Shown: in pieces, positions 41,807-52,289 of the stretch
Layout: each line of letters opens with the position of its first letter
How positions within the stretch are numbered: the stretch's first letter is position 1
Assembly: GCA_964016885.1 (NCBI GenBank)
Contig: OZ024740.1
Coordinates: 178,064,001-178,128,000 of the forward strand
Direction of reading: 5' to 3'
From: Eledone cirrhosa
Lineage: Eukaryota
DNA length: 64,000 nucleotides
Notes under the pieces: generated by a model
The model's database searches: none
The model's input: the letters and a program-made list of their open reading frames with translations, nothing else
What the model was told of the DNA's origin: nothing
Program-made: the position numbers and the translations under genes

Positions 41807-44800
41807 TTTCACCATCTGTCTCTTCAAATTGATAATATTTATTGCAAGTGCCATTTGTTTATATCACTTGTAAACAATATCTGGAGTAAGGGTGAGCATC
41901 AGGAAGGACATCTGGACATAGAAAAATTGCCTCAAAATGTTTAATCTAACCCATGCCCGCATGGAAATGTGGGTGTAAAAATGATGATGATAATGAATTG
42001 ATGATGAGTAACACTTGAGTAACTGTTCACATCATCATTGTACCCTGCTTCAATCAGATGGGAAGAGGAAGTCACTCCCACCCACTCTATATCATCACCC
42101 TGTTAAATCCCACCACATATGACACAGACTTGTTATATACTAATGATATATTTTCTCTCTCATTTAAACTCCACCACATCAAACATTTAAACCCACCACA
42201 TGTGTCATACAACGAAGACATACTTGTCATTCTTTATTCCCTCCTCTCATCTTATTCCCCAAACAACAGCTCACTTGGGACAAGTTAATATTACCCTACC
42301 CTCAGAGTAGAGAGGGCTGTTTAGTTGAATCAAGGGCATGACGAACTCTCTAGTGCTGGTGCCACTTTAAAATGCACCCAGTACACCCTGTAAAGTGGTT
42401 GGTGATACAAAGGGCATCCAGCTGTAGAAAACTTGCCAAACAAAGAGTCGAGAGAATTTTTCAGTTGTATTGAAGACATGAGAAACTCTTTAGTGCCAGT
42501 GCCATGATAAATTCACTCAGTACACTCTGTAGAGTGTAGAAATATGTTTGTGAGATATGAAATGGCCCATATGAGAGTTTAGTAGCTCCGATTAATTAAA
42601 ACGACTTGGTCTGTGGCGACCTGTCTGACTCATGCTAGCACAGCAAATGTACGTATGATGATGATGATTGTGGTGATGGTGATGATGATAGTGAGGTGGT
42701 GGTGGTGATGATGATGATGATAATTGATGATGACGAGGATGAAGATGATGGTGATGATGGTGATGGCGGCACTGATGAGGATGATGATGTTGATGACGAT
42801 GGTGATGGTACTGATGATGATGATGATAATGATGATAATAATGATGATGATGATGATGATGGTGATGATGATATTGATGTTGTAGGATTGAAACACTCAC
42901 CTTACAACTTCGTGAAATTGTTCCGTTTCCGTGGCACAGTAGTTAATCTGTCAAGAATTTATAAATACATAGAATGTATAATAACATTTATGGTTATGTG
43001 AGACAGTATAACATAATGAGTATACATGTATATGTTTGCTAACCATGCTATACAGAAATTGATAGCAAGATTATAACACCATAAATAACATTATATGCTT
43101 ATAAGCACATAAATAATTAAATATACATAAACATGCATGCATTCAATACTGCATCTTTGAGGAAAGGTAACATGTCACTACAAGTCTATGATTAATACAT
43201 TTGTGATGACAATGAATGAATTTGTATTAGTTGTTTAAACAAACCTTTCCATTCAAGGGAAGCTATCACCCACTGATGAAGTATTTCAGAGCTAAATTAT
43301 ATAAGGACTACTGATATTACCTAACTATTGTGAATAGTGGTTCCAGTTGGAGCTATTATTGACAGGTTGGAGTACAGAAACTGATGCATCAGTCTGGATA
43401 TATGTGATATAATATCATTACCCACATGAAGTTGTTTATCTTACTGATTAATGTATGTACGCACACTGAGTAATGGATTTGTATTTCTAATAATATAAAC
43501 CTTATTATATCATGGAGTAAGTAAGAGATGGCCAAAGCTGTACTGATTCTCTTTGACTAGCTTTGTAAACCTACAATACACCTGTTTATCATCCTAGTGG
43601 GGGGTGATGTTTAGCAGCATCAAGATGACTACACTGGAGTACACAGTGGCTAATGATATGGCTCAAACAATGAGCATGGACATTTCCCACATGGTAGCAG
43701 TGTCATATCCTTTTTCTTACTTACTAAAACTTTAGTCTTTGCTAGGTTCATTTGAAGCCCAAATTCTAGATTTTGCATCCATGTCTGGAACTTCTTTTCT
43801 AGTTCTTCTATTGTTACAGTTATCATCATCATCACCGTTTTACGTCCATTCTTCCACGCTAGCATGGGTTAGACGGGTTGTCCTGTTGTGGGCAGTGTCT
43901 GGTCGGCTGACCATGCCTTGCTCATACAGGAACTGATCTGGCTTGATTTCTACAGCTGGATGCCCTTCCTAACACCAACCTCATTTACAGTGAGTGCTGG
44001 GTGCTTTTTCGTGGAGCCTACACGTCCACTTTACAGTGTGGGCTGGGTGCTTTTTTACCGTGGCGCCTCCACGACCACCTTGCGGTGGGGGGAGTGGGGG
44101 CATATTGTTTATATGCTTCAGCATGTACCCATGGGAGGTCGGGTACCCTGTATTACTGCGTGACGCCAGAAGTCACGGTCGTGTGTCATTGTCTTTGAGA
44201 GGTGTAGTTGGGTAAGGTCGGCTTTTATCACCTCATCCCAAGTCATCTTGGGTCTCCCCACTCCGCGGTTTCCATCAACTTCTAGTGCTCTGCACCTTTT
44301 TATGCAGCTGTCATCCTTCATATGCATCACATGTCCATACCAGCGTAACCGCCTCTCCTGCACGCAGCATTTGATTCCTCTTATGCTCAGTCTCTCTCTC
44401 AATTCCTTTATGCTTTGTCGTTCACGTATATTACTGTTACACATCCATCGGAGCATGCAGGCTTCGTTTCTCTCTAATCTACGTAAGTCTTCCACCTTCA
44501 GCGCCCAGGTTTCACTACCATGCAACATCGCTGTTCGGATACACGCATCATACAGTCTGCCTTTCATTCTGAGGGAGAAGCCTTTTGCAGCTAGCAGTGG
44601 TAGTAGTTCCTTAAACTTCTTCCATCCCGTTCTTACCCTAGTTATTGTACTTTCTGAGCACCCACCTCCATTGCTAATTCGGTCACCTAGGTAGCAGAAG
44701 CTGTCTACTGTTTCTACAGGGCCCTCCCAGAGATTGGTGGTACTTGTTTCCTGTGGCTGTTTGCTTGCTGTTTCAGCACAGCTGCTGCATGTGAATCCTA

Positions 44801-47800
44801 CATTCTTAATTAAGCTTCCTGAGATCCCGCTACATCTCTTGTGTACCCATTGTTTGCATTTGGGGCAGAGAATGGAGTTCCTACCTACACCTTTCCTACA
44901 TACTGAGCAAGGCCATTTCCCTGAGGGGATCTGGGTTCTGTTTTCTCGTCTACTTACAAGGACCTTAGTCTTTGTCATGTTGACTTTGAGGCCCTTTCTC
45001 TCTAGTCCCTGCTTCCAGGTTTGGAATTTATTCTCTAGTTCTACCATAGATTCAGCTATGAGTGCGAGGTCATCAGCATACAGGAGTTCCCATGGGCATC
45101 CGGTCTTAAACTCCTCCGTTATTGCCTGCAGGACTATGATGAACAGGAGAGGGCTAAGAACAGAGCCCTGGTGGACCCCAACCTGTACGCTAAATTCCTT
45201 GCTATACTCATTGCTAATCCTAACTTTGCTGACTGCTCCCCTATACATGGCTTGTACCGCTTTCACAAGCCATTCATCTACTCCTAGTTTTCTAAGAGCC
45301 CACCAGATTACTGCACGTGGAACTCTGTCAAAGGCTTTCTCAAGGTCGACAAATGCCAAGTAGAGTGGCTTACTTTTAGCTAGGTACTTTTCCTGTAATT
45401 GCCTCACAAGGAAGAGGGCATCAGTGGTGCCTCTCCCTGGTACGAACCCAAATTGCATCTCGTCTATATTCACCCGGTCCCTAATCAGCTGTACTATAAC
45501 TCTTTCTGTTACTTTTATGAGAACATCATTAGCATATGAGCTCCCATGGACAAAGTTTTTAATTCCTTTGTTATGGCCTGTAGGACTACAATAAACAGGA
45601 GAATGAGGATTGAGCCTTGGTTGAACCCCCCCCCCCCCCCCCCACACACACACACAGCTGGACTAAACTCATTACTGTACTCATCAACACCTCTGTGCAT
45701 ATATTTTTCAGCCTTCACAAAACATTCCTTTAACCCTAACTTTATAGACAGCCATTAAATTCCAGAGGATGGGATTCTGTCAAAGGCCTTTTCTAGGTTA
45801 ATGTATGCTAGATGTTGGGGCTTATTCTTACCTATAAACTTCTGTGGCTGCCTAACTATTAAGTTGGCATCTGTAGTGTTTCTCCTGAGCACAAAACCAA
45901 ACTGCATCTCATCAAGATTAATTCTGTCCAATTAATTATGTAATAACTGTTTCTGTGATCTTTATAAACTAATCCAAAAGTGAGATACTTCAGTAATTTC
46001 CTCTCTTGAATGCATCTCCTTTACACTTGTAGCAGTTGACAATATACTGTTATTTTACACATGTTTGCTGTATCCAAGAGACCAGATAGAGGGGTGGGTC
46101 TTCTAGATTCATTGTGGGTAAAAAACGATGCTATAAGCTTTTCTGGGTGGGAAATGAAAATGGGCTGGGTGGGGTAGGAATCATGTTAGCAGAAAAATGG
46201 GTAGATAAGATAATAGACGTAAATAGAGTGAACGACAGAACAATTAAAATAAGACTTGTCCTAAATAGAACTACTGTGACAGTAATATCTGCATATGCAC
46301 CCCAAGCCGGACTGCCTGGCGCTATAAAAGACAGATTCTATGAGACATTGATGCTCACTACCTCCCAAATAACCGACAGTGACTACGTAATTATTGCTGG
46401 CGACCTAAATGGTCACGTTGGACAACATTGTGACAGCTATGACGGAATCCATGGAGGCTATGGGTTTGGTATTAGAAATGAGGAAGGCTCCAGAATCCTG
46501 GAATTCTGCGACGCAAATAACCTAACTATCTGTAACACTAACTTCAAAAAATGAGACAATCACTTGATCACCTATAGATCAGGGGAACACGCCAGTCAGA
46601 TAGATTATATCTTTACCAGAAGACGTGATAGAGTGTCTGTTGTAAATACTAAATCCCTCCCTCATGAAGAATGCACCTCCCAACATAGACTCATAGTCAG
46701 CGACCTCATAGTCAGGACAAGACGTACTCGACAACAGAGGAGGACTATCCTCAGGAGAAAAATATGGAAGCTAAAGGACCCCACAGCCAGTAATAAATTT
46801 AAAAGCATATTACTTGATGGTTTCGACAGCAAGGAAGAGCAATTAGAGTCGTACAATATAGAGGAACAGTGGGAATTCCTGAAAGCTAACCTGCTGAAGG
46901 CGGCAGATGAAGTTTGAGGCTGGAGCAGGCCTATAGGCAGGAGGAGAGTAACGTAGTGGTGGAATAGTAAGGTGGAGGAGTCAATTAAAGGCCAAAAAGC
47001 AGGCTTGGAAAGTATGGCGGGATGGGGGAAGTAGAGAAGACTATCAAGTGGCCAGGAGGGAGCTAGGAGACAAGTGTACTTCGCAAGAAGGGAAGCAGAG
47101 GAAAGAAAGTTCAAGCATGTTCTACAACGCGAGGACCAAAAATGTGAGGTGTTCAGGATTGCTAGGCAATGTGTCAAAGAAAACCGTGATATTGTCGAGG
47201 AGAAGTGTGTCCTTAATGATGATGGTGTACTTGCCATCACTGACGCTGATAAGAAGGTAGCTTGGAAGAGTCACTACGAAAGGCTACTAAATGAGGAGAA
47301 CAAATGGGAGAAAGACAGTCTCCCCCACATCGATCCAATAGAGGGACCAGCAGTGCGAGTTGAAGGTAGTATAATAAGTAAGGCAATCAAAGATATGAAG
47401 ACGGGTAAGGCAGCCGGGCCTTCAGAAATAGTTGCTGAAATGCTGAAAGCATCTGGAACGGTGGGACACACTATGGTCACCCGGATAGTAAACCAAGTCA
47501 TACAGAATGGGGCCGTTCCGAATGACTGGCGTAGCAGCATCATCATTAACTGCTACAAGGGTAAAGGAGATGCTCTTGATAGGGGTAACTATAGAGGCAT
47601 TAAATTAATCGACCAGGTCATGAAGGTCACAGAAAAAGTAATAGCGCAACTAATCAGAGAACGAATTGATCTAGATGAAATGCAGTTCGGGTTTGTGTCA
47701 GGTAAAAGTACCACAGACGCTCTTTTCATTGTACGACAACTACAAGAGAAGTACCTAGCTAAAAGTAAACCCTTATACTTAGCTTTTGTTGACATGGAGA

Positions 47801-50800
47801 AATCCTTTGACAGAGTCCCCTGCTCCATTATCTGGTGGGCACTTACAAAACTAGGTGTTGATGAATGGCTTGTGAGAGCTATACAAGCCATGTATAAAGA
47901 AACAGTCAGCAAGGTTAGAATTAACAACGAATATAGTGAAGAGTTTAGCGTAAAAGTTGGTGTTCATCAGGGCTCCGTTCTTAGCGCCCTACTATTTATT
48001 ATTGCCCTTCAGGCTATAACAGAAGAGTTCAAGACCGGCTGCCCATGGGAACTCCTATATGCAGATGATCTAACGCTCATAGCTGAATCAATGGCTGAAC
48101 TAAGGAAGAAATTCCAAACATGGAAGCATGGCCTAGAATCAAAAGGCCTTAAAGTTAACTTGTCTAAGACTAAAGTTCTAGTTTGTAGGAAGGAAAATAG
48201 GGCACCGGTCCCATCTGGGAAATGGCCATGCTCAGTGTGTAGGAAAGGAGTAGGCAGAAACTCCATTTTATGTCACAAATGCAAAGTATGGGTGCATAAA
48301 AGATGTAGTGGGATCACAGGTAAGCTAACTAAGAATATAGATTTTATATGTGGCCGGTGCTCTGGTGCAATAAGTAGCAGCAAGTGCCCACAATACTAGC
48401 TCATTCCATTGCACAGATGGTACTATAGAAATAGTGGACAGCTTCCGTTACCTGGGTGACAAAATCAGCAGTGGGGGAGGGTGCTCTGAAAGTACAGTAG
48501 CTAGAGTCAGAACGGGAAGGAAAAAGTTCAGAGAGCTTATACCACTATTGGCTGCTAAAGGGTTCTCTCTAAAAATGAAAGGTAGGCTGTATGATGCCTG
48601 CATACGAACAGCAATGTTACATGGCAGTGAGACCTGGGCATTGTGTGCAGAGGATATATGCAGACTGAAGAGAAACGAAGCTTTCATGCTCCGCTGGATG
48701 TGTAATAGTAATATACGTGAACGGCAAAGCATAAACGAACTAAGGGAGAAATTAGGAATAAGAAGGATCAGATGTTGTTTACTCGAGAGAGGACTACGTT
48801 GGTATGGTCACGTGATGCGCATGAAAGACGACAGCTGTATAAAAAAGTGCAGGGCGATAAAAATAGACGGTAGCCACGGAGTAGGCAGACCCAGAAACAC
48901 CTGGGACGACTTGATAAATTCCGACCTCACACACTTACACCTCTCCAAGACAATGTCACTGGACCGAGAGCTTTGGCGCTACACAGTAATACAGAAGACC
49001 CGCCTTGTCTAAGTACAAAACGAAACCTACAGTCAGTAGGCACCTCTAACAAAATACCCCCCCCCCCCCTCTACCCCAACCCCATCCACACCACCCCCTT
49101 TCGATGTAAAGTTATGTTGGTACCACAACATCTAGTCCGAAATAAATGTGAGGTCGTGTAGGTGTCACGACAAAAAAAACACACAGTCCACGCTGTAATG
49201 TGGCCGTGTAGGTAACACGGTAAAAACCTCCCAGTCCACACTGTAAACGTGGTTGGTGTTAGGAAGGGCATCCAGCCATAGAAAACCCGCCCAGACAGTC
49301 CTATATGAGCAGGACAACAAATCTTGCCTCAAGTGGGAAACCTTCCGTCCAAACCCATGCAAGCGTGGAAGATGGACGTTAAACGATGATGATGATGCTC
49401 TCCCACAACATCTTGTTTCTCCCTGATACACTCCCTTAATTCTCACTGGAACACCTCATGGCCCTGATTTTCATGTCATAGAAAATAATAGTTTCAAATT
49501 TAAGCACAATGCCAGCAATGTTATATTCTGCAGGAGAATGGGAGGGTAAATTGATTAAATTGACCATAGAACTTGATTGGTACTTTATTTTATCAATATA
49601 GGGTGGTTGAAAGGCAAAGTTGATTTCGGTTTGATTTGATCTCAGAAAGTCATTTACACTCAGAATGTTAAGAGCAAGAGCAAACAAATGTCACAAGGTT
49701 GAAATGAAGACTTACTGTAATTGACTGGGTTGACAGAGGAGGCACAAAGCCCTCTTTTGGGTACATTATCAGAGGTGTATTTCCTGAATACTTGACCTTG
49801 AACTCTCCTGGAATAAGGCCTTCATTTTTAATTTGAAAAGAATTTGTGTTCACTTCATTGTTTGCCACCATACAGCCAAAGTCCACTTCTCCAGTAACAC
49901 TGAGGTTACAACATGGTGAATTCCTGTTGTAAACAGGTGAACAAAAGGAGAGAAAAATAGCCATTTTGTTTTGATGGTAATGATGATGATGATGGTGGTG
50001 GTGGATGTTGTGATTGACGCACATGTTGATAGCAGTGATGATAATCATAGATAGCACTGATAATGATGATAATGACAATGATGATGATGATGATGATGAT
50101 AGAGATGACAATAATAATTGATACAAATGTAGAGTCCGATGCAGATGATGATGATAAAGAGGAATTTCATGGTGGATCTGATGATACTGAATAATAATTG
50201 TTTCTACAATAGGCACAAGGCCAGCAATTATCCCAGTGTATTACTGGTACTTTATTTTATCGACCCCCCATTAGGATGAAAGGCAAAGTTAACCTCGACG
50301 GGATTTGAACTCACTGAATAATAATGAAGGTGTAGATTATGATATGATAGTTAAATACATAGTGTAGGTGATTATGACTAGTAGACAGTGATGTCTAAGT
50401 AATGTCAGTCTCAAACCTGGGGCTCATCAGGCCGGTGCTTATCCTGGTTTCCATGGCATTATGCGACTGAGAATACAAGACTTCCTCCTGGACAGAACAC
50501 CAGTCTATTGCAGGGTTAAAACCCCAGCTATTGCTGGTACTCATTTTCAGCTGAGTATACTGAAGCAACGTGAAATAAAGTGCTTTGCTCCACGACACAC
50601 AACCCAATCCAGGATAGTGAGGAGTGATGAGTAATGATGGTGCTGATTGATGTTAAGTGACGTGAATGTTGATTACAAAGCTGATGGTCGGAGGAGGGGG
50701 GGATAGTCAGATCAATTGCTGTTGCTGTTGTTTAGCTCAGGTCAACCCAGTTCAGGCAGAGTTATGATTAAAGTTGTTCCAACAATGAAAATTCTTCATT

Positions 50801-51825
50801 TTTTTTTTTCTTTCAGCCTTAAAGTAAATAGGAATACAATATTTACAGTGCTCTTCTCTTTTTTTGCAATAGTGGATGATTTGAGTGAATTTTGGCTGTT
50901 GTTTCTAGCAAATCCAGTGACCGTGCATATACATACATAGATACTGCTAATCTTTTTATCACTTAATCAAGACTCTTTTCAGAGTATCTGTAACTGGCGA
51001 CACAGGAGGATGAATGTATCCTCAAAGCAGATATCTGGCCAAATGCTTTAGTGAACATCACAAAAGGCACTGTAAATGTCGGGCAGTAGATTAAGTCTAC
51101 TACCGAAGGAGGCCCCAGTAAAGAACCGAAAATATATATTACAAGGCAACTCCAACAATTCTATGATTGCATGGAAAAGTGGAGGTAAAAACAATGCTGA
51201 TGAAGATGATGATAATGATAATGAGGGTTGGAGTGCCTTTGTTGATAAGTTTGCTGGATCAGAGCTGATATGTGGTTAAACCTTAGGAGATGACATGGCC
51301 AATCTATCGGCCAGATAATACAAGCCTCAAGATTAGCTGGCTGCTCTTCGTACCAGCCAAACAGATTGCTTCTTGCACATCTGAGTCTTTCAATGGCAGC
51401 TTCCATGAGAGTTTGTTGTGTTCTGTGATTTATTTATCTTTATTTTTTATAATGTTTTTTTTTTAAAGTGACTGCCCTCTGTAAGGCTTGTGAAAAGGGC
51501 TCCGTCGCCAAAGGGTTAAGCAATAATAAGAGATGTCAATGAATTAACTCAATTTATTACACCTAAGCATATGATAAACAATTATTTTCATGGTTACAGA
51601 TAGATTGGGAAGGGGAAACTACTTTGTGACAGCCAAGCATTAAAAAGAAAAAAAAAAAATTGCTTACACTATTAGAGGGATTTCAATTTTCTCCTGTGCA
51701 GAGCAGATAATCAAATTGTCCTCCAAATAGTCACCTGTAAAATTCCCTTTATATACAACAGGTATAGCTACAGTCAAACCAGCAGCTAGTTCTTTCTCCA
51801 TTGTTTTTAATTTTGCTTTAAATTC
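4636..51825 (-). CDS. CFAP47: CFAP47-like gene (cilia- and flagella-associated protein 47), 13 internal exons; first exon and 3' part not found in the window
   Basis: 13 GT-AG exons join into one stop-free 2017-nt frame with every phase consistent. Peptide order follows the human CFAP47 N-terminus as I recall it: KELAAGL~[17 protein letters not shown]~VNFGTLVANS, HNNSP~[13 protein letters not shown]~[18 protein letters not shown]~LTGTGLPVLL, ALPND~AFPND, DIDIGL~DTDIGL. Confidence 0.9.
5700..8110 (-). mobile_element. Decayed RTE-clade LINE (RT and C-terminal region)
   Basis: Fragmented ORFs with [31 protein letters not shown]; many frameshifts. Confidence 0.9.
8371..8426 (-). CDS. CFAP47: CFAP47 small exon ([18 protein letters not shown])
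   Basis: tttcag/gtaagc; 56 nt, phase 1 to 0; restores the frame between neighbours; peptide poorly conserved. Confidence 0.7.
9596..9702 (-). CDS. CFAP47: CFAP47 exon ([21 protein letters not shown]...)
   Basis: cag/gtaata; 107 nt, phase 2 to 1. Confidence 0.8.
11146..11298 (-). CDS. CFAP47: CFAP47 exon ([19 protein letters not shown]...)
   Basis: cag/gtaagc; 153 nt, phase 2 to 2; resembles PIFTKVPRFNYVNHDFAYT. Confidence 0.88.
12152..12362. mobile_element. piggyBac-like MITE
   Basis: TAACCCTTTAGCATTTA (12149-12165) and TAAATGCTAAAGGGTTA (12349-12365) are perfect inverted repeats; CCC/GGG ends with CTAA/TTAA flanks. Confidence 0.7.
13498..13578. repeat. (CT)n(TA)n compound microsatellite
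   Basis: Seen directly. Confidence 0.95.
13576..14419 (-). mobile_element. Non-coding element with ~235-bp terminal direct repeats inserted in (TA)n
   Basis: 13576-13818 matches 14185-14419 except one 8-nt indel and one substitution; (TA)n on both flanks. Confidence 0.6.
15151..15370 (-). CDS. CFAP47: CFAP47 exon ([10 protein letters not shown]...[14 protein letters not shown]...)
   Basis: cag/gtaggt; 220 nt, phase 1 to 2. Confidence 0.88.
16400..18000 (+). mobile_element. Highly decayed Tx1/L1-like LINE RT region
   Basis: Remnant motifs FLPIILLN (~FRPITLLN), [12 protein letters not shown] (~LDQxKAFDRVxH) and AYANDVT (~YADDVT) in the expected order. Confidence 0.6.
18253..18453 (-). CDS. 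CFAP47: CFAP47 exon ([10 protein letters not shown]...TPKYNM)
   Basis: cag/gtatgt; 201 nt, phase 1 to 1. Confidence 0.8.
18674..18898 (+). mobile_element. R4/Dong-type LINE 3' fragment
   Basis: Closely matches 36680-36900 ([18 protein letters not shown] plus 3' UTR); ends in (TAA)n. Confidence 0.85.
19085..21098 (-). mobile_element. Young RTE-clade LINE, family A, 5'-truncated
   Basis: RT motifs NYRGIKL, QFGF, QGSVLSP, YADD; PHD-like CSLC..C..C..HKRC..CSSC; ~300-nt 3' UTR with (GAT)n tail; near-identical to 43825-45514. Confidence 0.95.
21333..21593 (-). CDS. CFAP47: CFAP47 exon ([17 protein letters not shown]...FSFIPKQI)
   Basis: cag/gtaagt; 261 nt, phase 1 to 1; ASH/Ig-like repeat segment. 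Confidence 0.88.
22510..25310 (-). mobile_element. Decayed RTE-clade LINE retaining its 5' end (APE and RT), 3'-deleted
   Basis: APE motifs [24 protein letters not shown]; RT motifs [14 protein letters not shown]. Confidence 0.92.
25411..25858. repeat. Foldback: ~183-bp inverted arms, 82-bp spacer
   Basis: 25411-25593 is the reverse complement of 25676-25858 with a few mismatches. Confidence 0.85.
26892..27007 (-). CDS. CFAP47: CFAP47 exon ([26 protein letters not shown]...)
   Basis: tttcag/gtaaac; 116 nt, phase 2 to 1; RRDFVLF resembles RQDYALF. Confidence 0.85.
27170..27500 (+). mobile_element. Second tRNA-derived SINE, family B
   Basis: TAGCTTAATGGTTAG A-box, GTTTGATTCC B-box, GTGTCCTTAAGCAAGACAC core; related minus-strand copies near 27985-28140, 41270-41435, 50410-50610. 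Confidence 0.7.
27715..27975 (-). mobile_element. RTE family A, 3' UTR-only copy
   Basis: Matches 19085-19350. Confidence 0.9.
28740..29002 (+). mobile_element. RTE family A, 3' UTR-only copy
   Basis: Reverse complement of 19085-19350; ends in (GAT)n. Confidence 0.9.
29171..29602 (+). mobile_element. Penelope-like element, C-terminal GIY-YIG endonuclease fragment
   Basis: [53 protein letters not shown] is the typical Penelope endonuclease pattern. Confidence 0.9.
30195..30700. mobile_element. Penelope pLTR region with hammerhead-like cores and two adjoining inverted repeats
   Basis: Inverted repeats 30195-30228/30264-30297 and ~30294-30372/30602-30681; 30381-30595 is homologous to 53044-53252. 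Confidence 0.6.
31026..31189 (-). CDS. CFAP47: CFAP47 exon (ESNITQP...[21 protein letters not shown])
   Basis: tag/gtagg; 164 nt, phase 0 to 2. Confidence 0.85.
31600..32110 (+). mobile_element. Decayed R4/Dong-like LINE internal fragment
   Basis: [10 protein letters not shown] (~LYLxRxEGGRG) then [21 protein letters not shown], the post-RT region of RLE LINEs. Confidence 0.6.
32663..32804. repeat. Local ~60-bp tandem duplication in a CAC-rich tract
   Basis: ACTGCCT(C/T)ATTATCGCTACCGCCGCTAT..CTCTCCCACTACCTCCTGCTAAG occurs twice. Confidence 0.85.
33100..36910 (+). mobile_element. Near full-length R4/Dong-type non-LTR retrotransposon (RT, CCHC, restriction-like endonuclease), inactivated
   Basis: One ORF 33218-36811 broken by a SINE, a frameshift near 35390, a deletion and a stop at 36155. 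Motifs [57 protein letters not shown]; (TAA)n tail. Confidence 0.92.
34752..34940 (+). mobile_element. SINE family A inserted in the Dong ORF, 15-bp TSD
   Basis: ATTATGTCTGAACAA at 34736-34750 and 34937-34951. Confidence 0.95.
37094..37310 (+). mobile_element. Divergent R4/Dong-like 3' fragment
   Basis: [18 protein letters not shown], then the AGGCTGCAGGTAG 3' UTR motif shared with the other Dong ends, then a TAA tail. Confidence 0.65.
37637..37803. mobile_element. hAT-like MITE
   Basis: TIRs CAGTGGTTCCCAAA / TTTGGGAAACCCTG; 8-bp flanks GTATACAT and GCATACAT (7 of 8 match). Confidence 0.75.
37860..38310 (-). mobile_element. RTE 3' fragment, same family as 1415-2052
   Basis: [25 protein letters not shown] plus GAT tail. 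Confidence 0.9.
39330..39515 (+). mobile_element. SINE family A with TSD
   Basis: ATTATTTGTTCTGGTGAT at 39316-39333 and 39512-39529. Confidence 0.9.
40202..40430 (-). CDS. CFAP47: CFAP47 exon ([10 protein letters not shown]...FGYCYYG...HNNSP...AEGEET)
   Basis: tag/gtatgt; 229 nt, phase 2 to 0; inside ORF 40019..40429. Confidence 0.9.
40551..40763. mobile_element. Tc1/mariner-like MITE
   Basis: TA|CAGTCTGTTTACTTTTTA ... TAAAAAGCGAACAAACTG|TA. Confidence 0.7.
41713..41804. repeat. (GT)n microsatellite
   Basis: Seen directly. Confidence 0.97.
42655..42880. repeat. (GAT/GGT)n compound microsatellite
   Basis: Seen directly; starts about 20 nt from the donor of the 47-nt exon. Confidence 0.95.
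42901..42947 (-). CDS. CFAP47: CFAP47 small exon ([15 protein letters not shown])
   Basis: gacag/gtgagt; 47 nt, phase 0 to 2, bridges both neighbours; corresponds to recalled human VDFCADQPRIVDEEA. Confidence 0.8.
43269..43398 (+). ncRNA. Type I hammerhead ribozyme candidate with extended stem II
   Basis: cca-CTGATGA (43273-79); gtatttc...ggagtac stem II base; GAAA (43377-80); palindromic ACTGATGCATCAGT; GTC (43392-94); tgg. Confidence 0.55.
43650..46050 (-). mobile_element. Older RTE remnant (43650-43820 and 45515-46050) interrupted by a younger RTE
   Basis: Decayed RT sequence continues on both sides of the 43825-45514 insert. Confidence 0.75.
43825..45514 (-). mobile_element. Young RTE family A, 5'-truncated, retained ORF part uninterrupted
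   Basis: About 465 open codons covering RT (YADD), PHD-like finger and C-terminus; full 3' UTR and (GAT)n. Confidence 0.95.
46060..49395 (+). mobile_element. RTE family B, nearly full-length (APE, RT, PHD-like finger), with stops and frameshifts
   Basis: ORFs 46114, 46564, 47074, 48434; (GAT)n tail near 49385. Confidence 0.95.
49716..49923 (-). CDS. CFAP47: CFAP47 exon ([22 protein letters not shown]...STQSIT)
   Basis: cag/gtaag; 208 nt, phase 2 to 0; lies inside ORF 49668..50216. Confidence 0.9.
51668..51825 (-). CDS. CFAP47: CFAP47 exon, first one found ([17 protein letters not shown]...IEIPLI)
   Basis: tgcag acceptor, gtaagc donor; 158 nt, phase 0 to 2; too short for the ORF track. Confidence 0.85.
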
Positions 51826-52289
51826 CTGCATATAAAAAAATAAAAAAAAACAAAGGAAAAATGTAATTTGGAGTAATAGGCAGGAATTGTGTATCCCCTA
51901 TAATATTGAATGTCCCTCAAATAAAAGGTAAACCAAGGTTAATTTTTATTGTTTTCAATGTGCTTATGTGTTTGTGTATATTCTTAATCTGCTTCCCCCA
52001 CTCCTCCTCCTCTCTTTCTTCTTCCCCCACTTATTCCTGTGAGGGATGCGGCAGCAGAGTCCTCAAAGATTCCTTCTAGCTTGTCCTGTCAGAAGCAACC
52101 ATCTCCAATTCATCTGACTGGATCCCCCAAGCGTGACCAGCCAAGCTCATGAATGTTATCCAACCATTCTGATCAGGGTCTACTCTGTTGCTGGTTGGTT
52201 TTGCCCATAAAATCTGTCCTGAGACATTCTAACCACATGCCTGTAGTATCAGAGCTGTCATAAATATATATAATAGATGTACATAAATA

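Noticed and set aside
42592-43001. Poly-His, poly-Ile and poly-Asp ORFs
   Set aside because: Translations of a (GAT/CAT)n microsatellite.
44734-45363. Long antisense ORFs over RTE and Dong elements (also 19993, 34039, 46662)
   Set aside because: Shadow frames of the transposon ORFs with no independent motifs.
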